Both the position numbers and the translations under genes were made by a program. The notes beneath the pieces are model-generated. The model saw only the letters and a list, made by a program, of their open reading frames with translations, had not been told where the DNA came from and searched no databases. A stretch of 64,000 nt of DNA, from NCBI GenBank assembly GCA_012295275.1, contig CM022677.1, positions 13,020,001 to 13,084,000 on the forward strand. Direction: 5' to 3'. This document shows, piece after piece, positions 1-12,972 of the stretch (the first letter of the stretch is position 1; every line of letters begins with the position of its first letter). The DNA comes from Chrysomallon squamiferum. Its lineage: Eukaryota; Animalia; Mollusca.

Positions 1-206
1 TGCATTTGTCATTTATAAATATATATTTCTTATTTAAAAACACGTTACAAAAAAATTGGGGGGCGGCCTAGAACGCATTAACATTATTTCAATTAATTTC
101 AATGGGAAAATAGATTTGATATACGAGCAAATTGAGTTACGAGCTCGGTTATGGAACGAATTAAATTCGTAAGTCAAGCTACCAAGTAAGTCAAGTAATA
201 CCACTG
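1..206. mobile_element. Right end of a Tc1/mariner-pogo (Tigger-like) DNA transposon or MITE, truncated by the window edge
   Basis: Ends ...GGAACGAATTAAATTCGTAAGTCAAG...TACCACTG followed by TA (207-208). The reverse complement CAGTGGTA..TTGACTTACGAATTTAATTCGTTCC resembles Tigger/pogo-type TIRs with a TA target. The partner TIR is outside the window. Confidence 0.55.
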
Positions 207-361
207 TATTAAATTTGGCTGTTTCGGATCAGTAGAATTTTATTTATTTATTTATTACGACACCATTCTCAAATAACAATACAGATGTTCTTACTTTAAG
301 TAAAACAGCTATAATTCTGGCATGTGCCGTTAAAAAAATAATAATGAATTAAAAGATACAG

Positions 362-403
362 ATAATAATAATAATAATAGCAGTAGAAGGAGCAGTAGTA
401 ATA

Positions 404-443
<40 letters not shown>
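362..443. repeat. Compound (AAT)n/(TAG)n microsatellite
   Basis: Directly visible; explains the poly-Tyr ORF 296..499. Confidence 0.9.
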
Positions 444-445
<2 letters not shown>

Positions 446-2131
446 TTCTGAGTCAGGTTGTATAACGAAGGTTAATGTTTTATAAGTATATAGAGACAAG
501 AGTTATCTCCCACAGCGAATGTGACATACTTGTGCTTTTATCCTCAAATGCTGATTGCGATTAAGTACAACCAGAAAAAAAATGCATCACATTACTGGAG
601 CCATGGTAGAATTTGGGAAATTGTGTCATAACTACATTATATTCAGCCAGTTCGAAAATAGTTCAAGTATTACTATCACCACAAGCACATCTGAATATGT
701 ATTCATACATGCATACATACATACACATACATATATACATACATGCATACATACATACATACATACATATTTACAAAAATATAATATTATCGATATCAAT
801 TTAAATTTTGTATCCTTATTAGAAATATGATTAGAAACATCAAAACTTATATTTAATTTAGAAATATACCCCAGATAATTATGAAGCTTAGGACTGTAGG
901 TGGATATTTAAAGCTGCAGTGTTCGCAGTGATGCCTCATTTTCATTTTGATGTAGTCGAGTTACAAGATGCCAAGATTAAATTTGCCGAATCGAAACATC
1001 GTAGCAGACCGCTTCCAGTTAGGTTTTTCAAAACTGTTGTTAGCAGTCATTGTTGCAGAGTTTCTTTAGTTATTTTCAATTTATATTTTATCCCAACACA
1101 ATTTCTTTTTAATTTTTTATTTATTATGATTATTATTATTATTTGTTTTTACCTAGGGAACGTATATGAAAATACTGTGTAAATGATTCTGCATCCAAAA
1201 ATTACAAAGCTCAAACCATTTGACAGAAAGAGCGGGAGATCAGTGTTTTTACGATTTCTGTAAATTAACAAAATTAACATGTAAGAAAATTAACTCCTGT
1301 TCACAACACATACATTCAGCCTTGTTCTTTTATTTCTTTACAAAATACTTACTGAAACGAGGAAGTAACGTGACAGTGTAATAGTATTAAATACAATTTA
1401 GTTGTGTTTCTCAGTCTGTATTCAATTGGTACTGTTGTTCGGTTCGTTTCAACTATACGAGTGATTGGTCATCAGTTTACTGGACTATTTGTCGCTTTGG
1501 TAATAGATACTTGATTATTGTATATTATAAGACAACATCTAATGTCATCCTCGTTTCATGAACTTAAATAGTTTCTATTTCTAACTTATTTGCTGATATT
1601 TTTACATAAAATCTGTAACAGTGAAATATTTAAATTTCACATTTACTGTAATAAAATATTTTCGTTGTAAGATAACGGTTTTGTTTTAATTTCATTCAGC
1701 TAATTAACTATTTCCATTTACTTTGATCTCAAAAAAGTTCATCAATTAGATATAAAAGAATCAATTACTTACCGATTCTCAAGTGAATGACATTAACACG
1801 TCACTAAGTAAACAGCTACAGAGTATTTGTTACATTCAAGTATGTAATAAGTGTCGTACACGCTTTACTGAGTTAGTGGACTCGAGTAAGCCCACGATAA
1901 GTAATTTCCTCTCATTTTATAAATATAAATGTTTTATAAATAGCGAAATTTTCAAGTTATATTTACTAACAAATTAAAAACGAATCAGGTGAAAAATGAC
2001 AAATAAAATTAAGTAAATACATCAAAAATATAATAGAATGACAAAGCTGTAGTAATGTAACACAATAACTTAACCTAGATAAAGTACAACTCGTGTACCC
2101 GGAAGAAACAAGTTTAGTCATAACATTCACA

Positions 2132-3277
2132 ATGGCGCTGTTGAGATATTTATTTGTTTCTCTGACGATTGTTACTTACTGTCTAGGTAAGCTATTTTAT
2201 TATTATTTTTAGCTGATAAATTAGAACAAATATGTTGGATATTACGGACAATATCTAAGGTCCATGCACTTATTAAGTTTCTGTTCTGGTTAGGGCTTGT
2301 GTTGTGTTAAAACTTAATCACCATAAACCTGTTTGAGACTAGCAGCTAAGGCATACTTCTTGTTTATTTATGTGTTTATTTATGTACTTATTCATTCATT
2401 CATTCATTCATCCATTTAGTTCCTTACTTAGTTTTTGTTTTTATTTTTTAGCTGTTTACTTTTTATTTAATTTTGTTTCGTTATTTTTATTATGTTTGTA
2501 GGAAATAGGATTCTTGCCACAGACAAGAAAATGCCAGTGCTTGGTCAGTCTCTTGTTTTAATCTACACAAACAATGAAGAAGACATAACAGGATATGTTA
2601 CTTTCAATCTGAATGGATCAACACAAGGAGGATGTTTGGCATTATGTGGACAGTGTGGTTCTGGATGTAATTACAATGTAACAAGACAGTCTACACATGT
2701 CATATGTTGGAAATCCATCGTAAGTAGGCATTTATTATTTGGCAGGTTTACGTTTAACATTAGATGAACACACATACACACAGACACACAATCCCATGTG
2801 CCAAAACAACCGAAGTAAATTTACTGTTTTCCATCTATAAAGTAATCCTGTAATTTAACAATTAGTATTACTTGTATTCAATCAAGCCAGTGGTTTCTAT
2901 TCTTTTTAATTTTACTTCTCCTTCTTTTTCATTCGTTAAACAATTTTATTAAGAAAAATAATAATAATAAAAAAATAATAATAAAAAAATATTATTTGTT
3001 GACACAAGAAGAAAAGAAAAAAGATTAGTTTTTTTTTTAAATTATTAGTTTAAAAGTATGAAAATAGTTTCCCTGAAAAGAAACACGAAAAACACAATTA
3101 CATCAGACAGTTTCTAGACTAATATTTAATAAGAAATGAAAATATTTTATATCATTAAATCATTAAATGAAGATAATAATGATGATGATGATGATGATGT
3201 TGATGATGATATGTAAAAATGCAAAACAATAAAAATAAATGTGCTAGAGATTTTATCATTCAAAAACGGCCATTGCT

Positions 3278-3308
<31 letters not shown>

Positions 3309-4715
3309 TTCATTCATTCATTCATTTTTTGGTTTATTTCATTATTATTTGATTATAACATTTTAGCTGTTGTTGAGGTATCAGTGATAAATTTTACTGA
3401 TGCGTGTCCAAATCAGAGAGACATTGATTCTCAGACAGATTTTACTGTCAGCATAATGACTGGCTGTTTTTCCAGCTGTGAACATCTCCTGGTATCTTTT
3501 TGCTGAAACTTCTGTGGTAAGTTTTGTTCAAAAATGAAACAAAAATTGCAATGAAAATTGATCATGTATTATTATAAATATTTTGCTTTTATTTTATCAA
3601 TCAACAGCAAACACCCCACTAAACACAACTGAAAAAAACGAACATTTTTTAAAATATATTATTACAGTTGAAATGTATATCTAAAGCAAAAATGAAAATA
3701 ATCCTTCCTTTTTCTTTTCTTTTTCTTTTTCAAATATTACAATGATTATTTTACGTGACAAAAAAAAAAAAAAAAGAAGATAAAACACTGTCGATTCATT
3801 ACAATTCCAAAATTTTATAACCGCGAACAGACCCAAGGAACATTTATAAGAATAAAATATTTGTTTTTCCTATGTACTTTTTATGTTATATTAGTAAAGG
3901 AATAAATTAATAACTGTCATTATATTTATATTTTATATTTATTTTTAAGAATTTGACACCAGTTACTACAACAGTCAGTGATGGTTGTACAAACAGTTGC
4001 TAGGCTGACTATGAATTATTTAACTGTTCAAGGAAAAGTTAATGTCACTACTCACTTGATTCATCCATCTTTTAATAATGACGTCTATGAGAAGTTTATT
4101 TGTACCTTTAACTTTCCAGGTGACTAAACTATGCTCCATTGTTACTAGTTCAACTAAATGTATTTTTTTTTTTTTATAATTATGCACATACACAAGCACG
4201 CACGCACGCGCGCACGCACTCAAACAAATATGCAATAAAGCAAGACGAATTGCTGGCGTACGAATATGAAGTATTTCCATGTATAATTTGATATTCAAAT
4301 TATTAATTCAGATTTTCTTATGATAAACGAATGAATGAATAATATTTCAAAAGATTGTAAGTCTGATACAGTCATTTTATTATTTATATAGTTATTACAG
4401 TATAAGTAAAAGAGGTGACACTATTAAACATCAGTTCACAGAAAGATATGATACAAGTCAGTGAAGGTTTTGTCTCTCTGACATGTCTCACGTCACCTAG
4501 CAACCCAGTCTCGTCTGTTTACTGGTACAAGAATAATCAACAGATAAACACAGGAATCGCCAACATAAATATCACATCAGGCGACCTGACTGTAAGAAAG
4601 AGTTCTCTGTCACTCACACTGACTGAGTCAGATGATGGACACAGTGTTTACTGCAAGGCAGGGATTCCTGGACAAACTCTTGTGACATCCAACACTGGAA
4701 TACTTGATGTGCGGT
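2132..4715 (+). pseudogene. Multi-exon Ig-superfamily cell-surface gene (nephrin/sidestep-like Ig domains), disrupted
   Basis: Exon 1 (2132-2186) MALLRYLFVSLTIVTYCL is signal-peptide-like with a phase-1 GTAAG donor. Exon 2 from 2502 (PVLGQSLVLIY.., off-frame TVYTC). Exon 3 (3367-3516) needs a frameshift to read PAVNISWY. Exon 4 (3950-4119) needs a frameshift to read TVARLTM...VTTHLIHPSF. Exon 5 (4401-4715) is a full Ig domain but has in-frame TAA at 4403-4405, and its expected donor reads TTAAG instead of GTAAG. Confidence 0.7.
4401..4715 (+). pseudogene. Ig domain exon (C2/I-set-like)
   Basis: VSLTCLTSPSNPVSSVYWYKNN...SSLSLTLTESDDGHSVYCKA...ILDVRF contains the B-strand Cys, C-strand Trp and D-x-G-x-x-x-x-C F-strand motif. 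CAG acceptor at 4398-4400. Confidence 0.85.
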
Positions 4716-5689
4716 TTAAGACTTTAAACATCAGAGTTTAAGATGATTAGATAAACATGACTGATTCCAACTATTCCCACTTTTTTCTGATTTTGAAATA
4801 ACCGAATATTAATTGTACCTCCTCAGGCGTTACATTTTGGATTTCTTTATCAAAATGATTAGAGTTTGTAATTTTTTTTATTTATTTATTTATTTATTTA
4901 TTTATTTTGTTTCTCAATATTCAGGTTTCCTCTGTAAATCGCAGCATTCTTTTCACTGAATTTATTATTTTTTTTTAAATTAAATGCAGTATCTTTAATT
5001 TAAAAAAAGGACGTTATCGATATAAAAAAGAAAGAAAAGAACACGTAAATATTTTTTAATTTAGTTTACACGGCATGTAATAGTTTTAATAACCTAGGCA
5101 AAATTTTAGTATGCGTATTGAACATTATTAATACTTCGACGAAAAGAACATTTGATATTTTGCACAGTGATGATGTTAGTTTTCAGTAAAATATATTGAG
5201 TCATTTTTTTCACATTTTCACTGTTTACAAAAGGCATTTTATTCACACATTCATATTCAGAAAATTCTAAATAGGATAGTTTTACATTTTTACAGAGAGA
5301 ATTAAATGTATGTATTCACAATTGCAGAAAATTAGAACCGTTAATTAAAAGGTTAGTATATGGCTGTCTACAAGGTAGCAAATAAGACAAATACACTTTG
5401 ATATAATTAAGTATATTTTGATATGATTAAATATATTTTAATACGATTAAATATAATTTAATATGATTAAATAATTTTCATATAATTAAATAAAAAAATG
5501 TCCAACTGAATCAAATAAAGTCTTTAAAATACACATATATTTATTGTACAATTATCAATGAAAATTAGATTTCTTCGGTAATGTTATTAGCTATAGAACT
5601 CAGTACACTGATAGTAATAGTGAAGCGATAATATTAACACAGTACATAGAAAAACAAGAACAGTTCAAATGAAACAAAGAGAATGGCGT

Positions 5690-6106
5690 CAAACATACAG
5701 GAAGCTTCCGTTTTTACTGAAAAATAAATTAAATTAAAAAATATATTAAAAAATAACAGCGAGAAGGCACGATATTGTTGTTACTGTTACTTATCTGTTG
5801 ACTACAATTGGACTGACAAATATGTATTCTGCTCCACTAATATATTTATATATACTGGTGGAGAGGTTATATTAATATCTAATGTGTAGTCAGAAATATA
5901 AAGTATATTACACTATTCAACTTGCGCTGATGAATGTAATGAAATAAATAAATTTCGCATAATAAAATAACATGTTAACCATGTTTGTTCTCAGCTAATC
6001 AGTACAAACTGTAGTGAAATGTTTAAATGTAACCTTTACAATATTAATAAAATATGAGATTAATATTTCTCAACATACTTACTACAAACTGTAAATATCA
6101 CCGCTC
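5690..6106 (+). repeat. Duplicated block, paralog of ~27257-27690
   Basis: Shared GGAAGCTTCCGTTTTTAC, GGTTATATTAATATCTAATG, CAACTTGCGCTGATG, TTCGCATAATAAAATAACATGTT and AATAAAATATGAGATTAA in the same order. Confidence 0.85.
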
Positions 6107-7750
6107 AACCAGCAATTAATTCTCACCTTTTTCTTCTTACAGGTAATAATTCTCACCTTTTCTTTTTACAGGTAGTTAACCTGCTTATTTTCATAACGAC
6201 GATGTGTTAATATTAACGCCACACCTCTGTTGAGACACTAATGAGATTTAATATAGATAGTGATGGCGACGTTAAAACTGTTGTTTTCATAAGGCCGTGT
6301 GAAGTTAATCCTAGTTTTTCAGAGAAACATGTTTCTGGTGTTTATAAAATGTTACACTTGATGCGCTCTCTTTATTTCTCGGTATATTTTTGACGTCACA
6401 TATAAAATCACTATTATTTAAAAAAAAATTACAACACGGAAGCTCCATCTATATTTCTGAATGTTCACAGTGAAATCATACCTGTAATTTTCAGTATGAT
6501 TTGTCGTATAACTAACTGAATATCATCTCATTCAAGAAGTATAGCTGAGAAATTCAGAAATAAAGAGGCCTTCCAGATTCCATTTCTCTGTTACTAGCAA
6601 AACAGGATTAGTTTTTAGCTGCACCTCAGATTGTATTGATAATTAAATATTGATTTTCTTTTTCTAGACAGGTATGTATTTAAAAACTGAGGTTACACTT
6701 GAAATATTAGCAAATAATGAATTATATATGAAGTTATATTTATCTTAATATTTCTAGTTGAGATGTACAGTGAATATTAAGGAATAATATATAGCAGCCA
6801 GATAAAAATGACATTTCATTAGCAACTGTGATATTAATGTGATATTTCTCAACGGAATTTGGGCTGTTTTTACTATATCAGGTCAGAATAATTTGGTACT
6901 CGGCAAAAATAACGTAGTGTTTTTGTTAAGACAATGCACTATTAACGTTGATAATTTTATTTTAGGCTGATTAATTTTTGCACGTCAACACTGTTTAAAT
7001 AGTATTAGATGTTATTAGCTTGATTTACAGAATTATATTTAACGGCATCCTGAAAAATAGCAGTGGATTCTTTAATAGTCTTGTCATTCTGATTGAGGCA
7101 CATCATGTGATCCAGAAAAAATGTCAATATTTTTCTTTTTTAATGACACATCCAAAATCTGCTAAAATTCGGTCAGTTGAAGTCTGTCAAATTTAATTAA
7201 CAAAAGTTAAAATCATCAAATTTGAATTGACGTTATATTTACATCCAGTAATAATTTTATTAATCTGAAATACATCAAAAGCTTGAGGTTTATTAAACAA
7301 TTTGTATTAGGTATATATTTGTTTCACAAGCATTATTAAAATTAGAAATAATTTTTATTATTAAAGAATTAGAACTTTAGTGAAGGGAGAAAACTGTAAC
7401 AGAGCATTACCTACAATGTCATTAAACGATGCGAACTCTTTCATAGGAAAAAAAAAAGAACAAGATATTGTTATACTTGGCGATATACATTATTGTGTAT
7501 ATAAAATATGATCGAAATCAGAAAAAAATTGTTGGATTCAACGAAATCGTATCTGTTACTACAGCAGAAGAAATCGACTTCGCAGCAAAACAAAATATGG
7601 TTAAAAGAAAAAGACAAGTGACAATTTTAAATAATCATACAACGAGCTCGCTATCTGTGACAATAGCATTGATATTATAACCTGTTTTAATAATATTACA
7701 GAACACCACTAAACAAACTAATTGTTAATGAATAACGATGCATTATTATA

Positions 7751-7798
<48 letters not shown>

Positions 7799-8824
7799 TA
7801 TATATACATAATATAATGTTGATTAAAAATTATGCTGATAATTACACATATTACATTTCTAAGTTGTCTTGGAAAGCTTCTTAAATAAGACCTAGAGTTG
7901 TCTCTTAAAACAAATAATATACTATTTGAAGTACATGAAGAATTATTGTACTACTTTTTCACATTGAACTGATTATGATCACGATATATATATACATATA
8001 TACTGGCTTAAAACCGACTCCGTGTATGACTGTGCGTGAGTGTGTGTGTGTGTGAAAACATTGAAGGTAGTTACAAATATCTGTGGGAATTATAGGCCCA
8101 ACGCTCGGTTTGATCTTTTCTCAAGATAGATCTGAGATATGTCTGTTTAGTCGACATATTTATATTTCCCGCCGATCTTTCTACGTCACTGGAAATCTTT
8201 AATTGAAAATAGTTTCGTCATTTTTACACTGAGATCAATGGCTGAAAAGCGCAATAAACTCGTATTTTCACATTAGATTTATAAATAAATCATTATGTAA
8301 ATGTAAAACCATGTTTTGCTTTCAACTAGATCATAAGTCATAACTATTCATATTATATAAACTAAGTGGGAAGGGTGAGGGGGACTTGAGCCTTGAGGAG
8401 GGGGCGGTAAAATGTATTTAGCCTATGGGCGACAATCACATTAAATCCAACCCTGAGTCAGTCACACGGAACTCTCTTTTTTCTTACTTAAGTACATATC
8501 TTTTTTACTTTCCTGTTGTATTTATAAAAATAAATGTTAGTTTAGGTATCTCTGTGTTTGTGTTGTTTTTATTATTTTATTGTTGTTATTATTATTTATT
8601 TATTTACCCTTGTTTTAAAGTTTTTATCTTTACAGACGCTAACACAGTAGACATATATTGTATTAAAATATTTTATCATTGTTAATCTTCATGTACTTAG
8701 ACATAAATGTATTTGTCTTGACTGATTATTTCATTACTTTGTGTCACTTTTCACTTGATTAACATTTGTCTTTAATACAGTTTTGAATATTAATAATCAA
8801 AAGAAATGTTACCACCGAACAATG

Positions 8825-8949
8825 GAAATTTCAGAAATATATTAAAACATTTTACTTTCATATGTTTTTATTTAACATTAACATTGAATACACCCTTCAT
8901 TTGATTAGTTTCTACATTGATTTGATAAAATAAACAGTTCAAACATTGA

Positions 8950-8990
<41 letters not shown>

Positions 8991-9578
8991 CACACATTTT
9001 TGTTATAAGAGAAATAAACTTTAAATGTAGTGCCATTATGAATTGTTTGATGGGATTATTTGTTGTTTTAACGCATATATGCGATATCTTACACAGACTA
9101 CACAGTTTAAAATGCAATGCAGATAAAACAAAGGAAAATGATTATTTATTTCCAATCTCTCTGAGTTGCCATACTTGTAAATTTTTATTTTATTTTAATT
9201 TATTCATTTTTTTTCTTTTTCAGACAATGTTTTCAGACCTATATAAAACCTTGGTAAATTCCTGGACAATAATTAGCAACTTATTGTAGTGTGAGTTCTA
9301 AGCTTTGTGATTTTATTTGGTGCATTAACATAAATTAAGAAGAAAGAAAAAATAGGGTGAAAAAAAAATAACAACACCTTTATTTGAAAAAAGAACCATA
9401 TCGATTTATAATTAGTACGTATATGTTACTAAAGGTTTATGTTCCTTTATTTATTTTATTTGTTTTAAATTTATTTATTTATTTATTTTTTATTTTTTTT
9501 TTTGAATAGTAGTTGCCGAAAAATGCGGGATGATTGCCGGTGTTTACGGATTTACGATTGATTAATAATAATGAGAGG

Positions 9579-9613
<35 letters not shown>

Positions 9614-9731
9614 GTAAAATAATAAAAAATAAATATAATATAAAAAAAAAGAACAATATCGATTTATAATTAGTACGTATATTTGATAAAGGTTATTTTG
9701 TTGTTTTCTTTATTTTATTTAATTTGATTTG

Positions 9732-9764
<33 letters not shown>

Positions 9765-10567
9765 CACTGTATTAGTTTCGGAAAAAGTGCGGGATGATTG
9801 CCGGTCTTTACGGATTTACGATTGGCTAATAATGAGAGAGAAAAAAAAAAAAAAAAAAAAAAAAAACGTAAAATAAAAAAAATAAATATAATAAAAAAAA
9901 GAACAATATCGATTTATAATTAGTACGTATATTTGATAAAGGTTATTTTGTTTCTTTATTTATTTCATTTGATTTGAACTTTTTTTTTTTTTTTTTTTTT
10001 TTTTTCACTGTATTAGTTTCGGAAAAATGCGGGATGATTGCCGGTCTTTACGGATTTACTTTTGTATTTGACGTTTGAAGAATTTTATTCAGAATTGATG
10101 TAATCGCATTATCAACCAACAAAGATGTTGCTTAAAACATTTCAGGAGACAGGTATTACAATTTATTATTATTGTTGTTAAAGTGTTTGGATTTTTTTGG
10201 TTTGATTTAATTATGATTTAAAAGTCATACCACATGATGGCAGCCATCTTATTCGGGAACAATAATTATTTATTTATTTATTTATTTATTATATATTTTT
10301 TTTTCAAATAACGACTCTCGATTATAAATAAAATTCACCAGTGGTTGTTCTAATGTGAACAGCATAAACAACATCATATAAACAAGAAATCATGACTAAT
10401 AAAACAATTAAAAAAATATGCCAATTTTCTTTGACAGGTTGTTTTCTGCCAGGTTATTTATGATTTAGTATTTTTAAAGATTTATGTTAAATTGCTGACT
10501 TGCTCTATATATTATTAAACATATTTAAATTATATTTTAACCATATTAAAGGTTATAATAGGTGGGG
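8825..10567 (+). repeat. Duplicated block, paralog of ~27790-28155 and ~35283-36187
   Basis: Shared CCCTTCATTTGATTAGTTTCTAC, (CA)n and ATGAATTGTTTGATGGGA with 27.8-28.1 kb. Shared GTGTGAGTTCTAAGCTTTGTGATT, GATGGCAGCCATCTTATT, TATGTTAAATTGCTGACTTGCTC and GGTGGGG with 35.4-36.2 kb. Confidence 0.85.
9398..10060. repeat. Three tandem ~250-bp units with alternating poly(T) and poly(A) tracts around a CpG-rich core
   Basis: ATCGATTTATAATTAGTACGTAT at ~9400, ~9658 and ~9908; core GCGGGATGATTGCCGGT.TTTACGGATTTAC three times. Confidence 0.9.
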
Positions 10568-10724
10568 CCCTAAATGCTTTCATATTATTAAATAACTGTA
10601 TAACTCTATGTAAACATTAAAAACTAATAAATTTGATTAAATATTTAAATAAAATATGACCAGGTTATTTTGATATGCAGATACAGTAAAATATTAATAA
10701 AATTATTTGTTATAATAAATATTT

Positions 10725-10769
<45 letters not shown>

Positions 10770-12861
10770 CGCATAATTCATAACCATAAACACAAAAGAT
10801 ATTAATACACTGTACAATCTCCATGCACAAAACATTACTAAAATTATTCTTTTTTGAAGCAGGTGTCTTATGCACATAATATGACTAATACTAAGACATC
10901 CAAAACTATTTACCTCTGTATCTATGGATAATGTACCTGGCTGACATTATTTGTTTCATCAAACATATATGTATTACCATATTAAATTCATACAGTATAA
11001 ACCTATGCATGTACAAGGTCTGAGTTCTGTCGAGTAGTGGCAAAGCCAACCTAAAAGCACACACAAAGAAATGAAGCATATTGACATTCAGAATGCCAGG
11101 CAGGACACTCCTCACATTCCACATTTCACATCAACACAGGCAGTGGAAGATGGTGATATGGACATTGACATTCATGTTCGGCAGGAAACTACTGCAATTC
11201 CATATGGTGCTCCCCAAAACTGTGGCAGTGCTAAGGCAGTTTCAAATCTTGTGCTGCCAAGGCCTGCACCTTTGGTCAGTGTAACTGATTGGAAAACTCA
11301 CCTGAACAAAAAGCCAAAAGGCTCAAGTTGAACCACAAGGCAAAACAAGTGAACAGAAGTGCAGGTGGTAAAACAACCTTGGTGCACAGAGCTGCTAAAC
11401 AAATCAAAAACTGATTTAAAAAATAAAAAATCAACCCACCAGTGACAGCTTAGTGGTTCCCTAAGTTTTATAAAAATATTTTTCTGATTTGTTTTGTTAG
11501 ACTGTTCTCATCTATGCCAGTGCATCATGAAACGCAGAGACCCTGCATCAGCATCACACAAATCCAGGCCATTTTCCAGAGAAGGGATACAAGAGAGTAA
11601 CGAAACATCATCCAAGCAACAGTCTGGTGTCAGGTAATGTCAGGCCTGTGTTAGAATGTTTTCTGAAACCTCTCAACAGTGGCAGGGTATGTTTTTGGAT
11701 GGTTTGTGTGTGTGTGTGAGAGAGAGATGGAGAAATATTGCATGAATGATAATATTGCCAAAAAATACCATTTATCATAAAAAAAAGATAATAAAGTATC
11801 ATGTTCATGTTGGAATTACCAAAAGCTTTGTTTACCATTGATGTTAAATATTTTATGTAGGTCATGGCAGTATTGTTCAGTAGCTGTCTAGAAAGGGAAT
11901 TTACATTTATGGAGAAGGACGAATCAGCTGTACAGACACTGCAGACTGCACAATTCCAAGCTGTAAGTTTTTATGTTAGTTTTATTTCTCAGCAAGTAAA
12001 ATAAGTTTTATAGTAACATCTCTTTAGTGATTGTAAAATAATAGCATAATGATAATCATTTATTTTCTATTGTTTTGTTAATTATTTAAATTATTAATAT
12101 TACCATCATTATCATTATAATGATTATACAAAATATATCAAAAATATCCCACACCTGTTTTTGTCTGAATAATCCTGTAACTGGTACCACTAAAATTTAA
12201 ATTTTAATAATAACAGAAACATTAGTTATTTATTTATAACATTTATTATTTTTATTATTTTATTTGTATTGTTTTTCTTCAGAATGCTCATACAGCTCTG
12301 ATGGCTAGTGAAGTTGTTTCAGTAGAAGGTGCTGTCCAGCACTGAGGAACAAGTTTGTACTGCTGCCACTGGAAAAGAGAGAAACAAAACTGAACAGTGA
12401 ATTTGAGTTTGTAACATACATTAGAATCTTGTATAATAACTGCATGTTTTTTCTCTCTCCCTCTATCTCAAACACACACACACACATCACACACACACAA
12501 CACTTCCTTTCATATAAACCTCATTAAAAGAAGAAGAAGCATCATATTTTATGATTATTTTAAAATATTTAACTTTCCAGTTACCAGATGGAACTGACAG
12601 CCTTCACACAGTGTCACTGTTCCTGTGAGGACAGACACACTAAAATACACAGGAGATGGATGTACTGTAGCTGTTGTCTATATTTATGTTGACCACAGTC
12701 TCTCAATTTTCATGGCTGGTTTAATAACACAATTTTTGTAAGTAAAATAATGAATCAGGTGGTAATTTTAAAATATATGAATCTTAATAACTAGCTAAAC
12801 AACATAATTCATAAAATATTAGGTCTGGTTTTCTTTTTTGGTTTTGAATATGACATGTATG

Positions 12862-12972
<111 letters not shown>

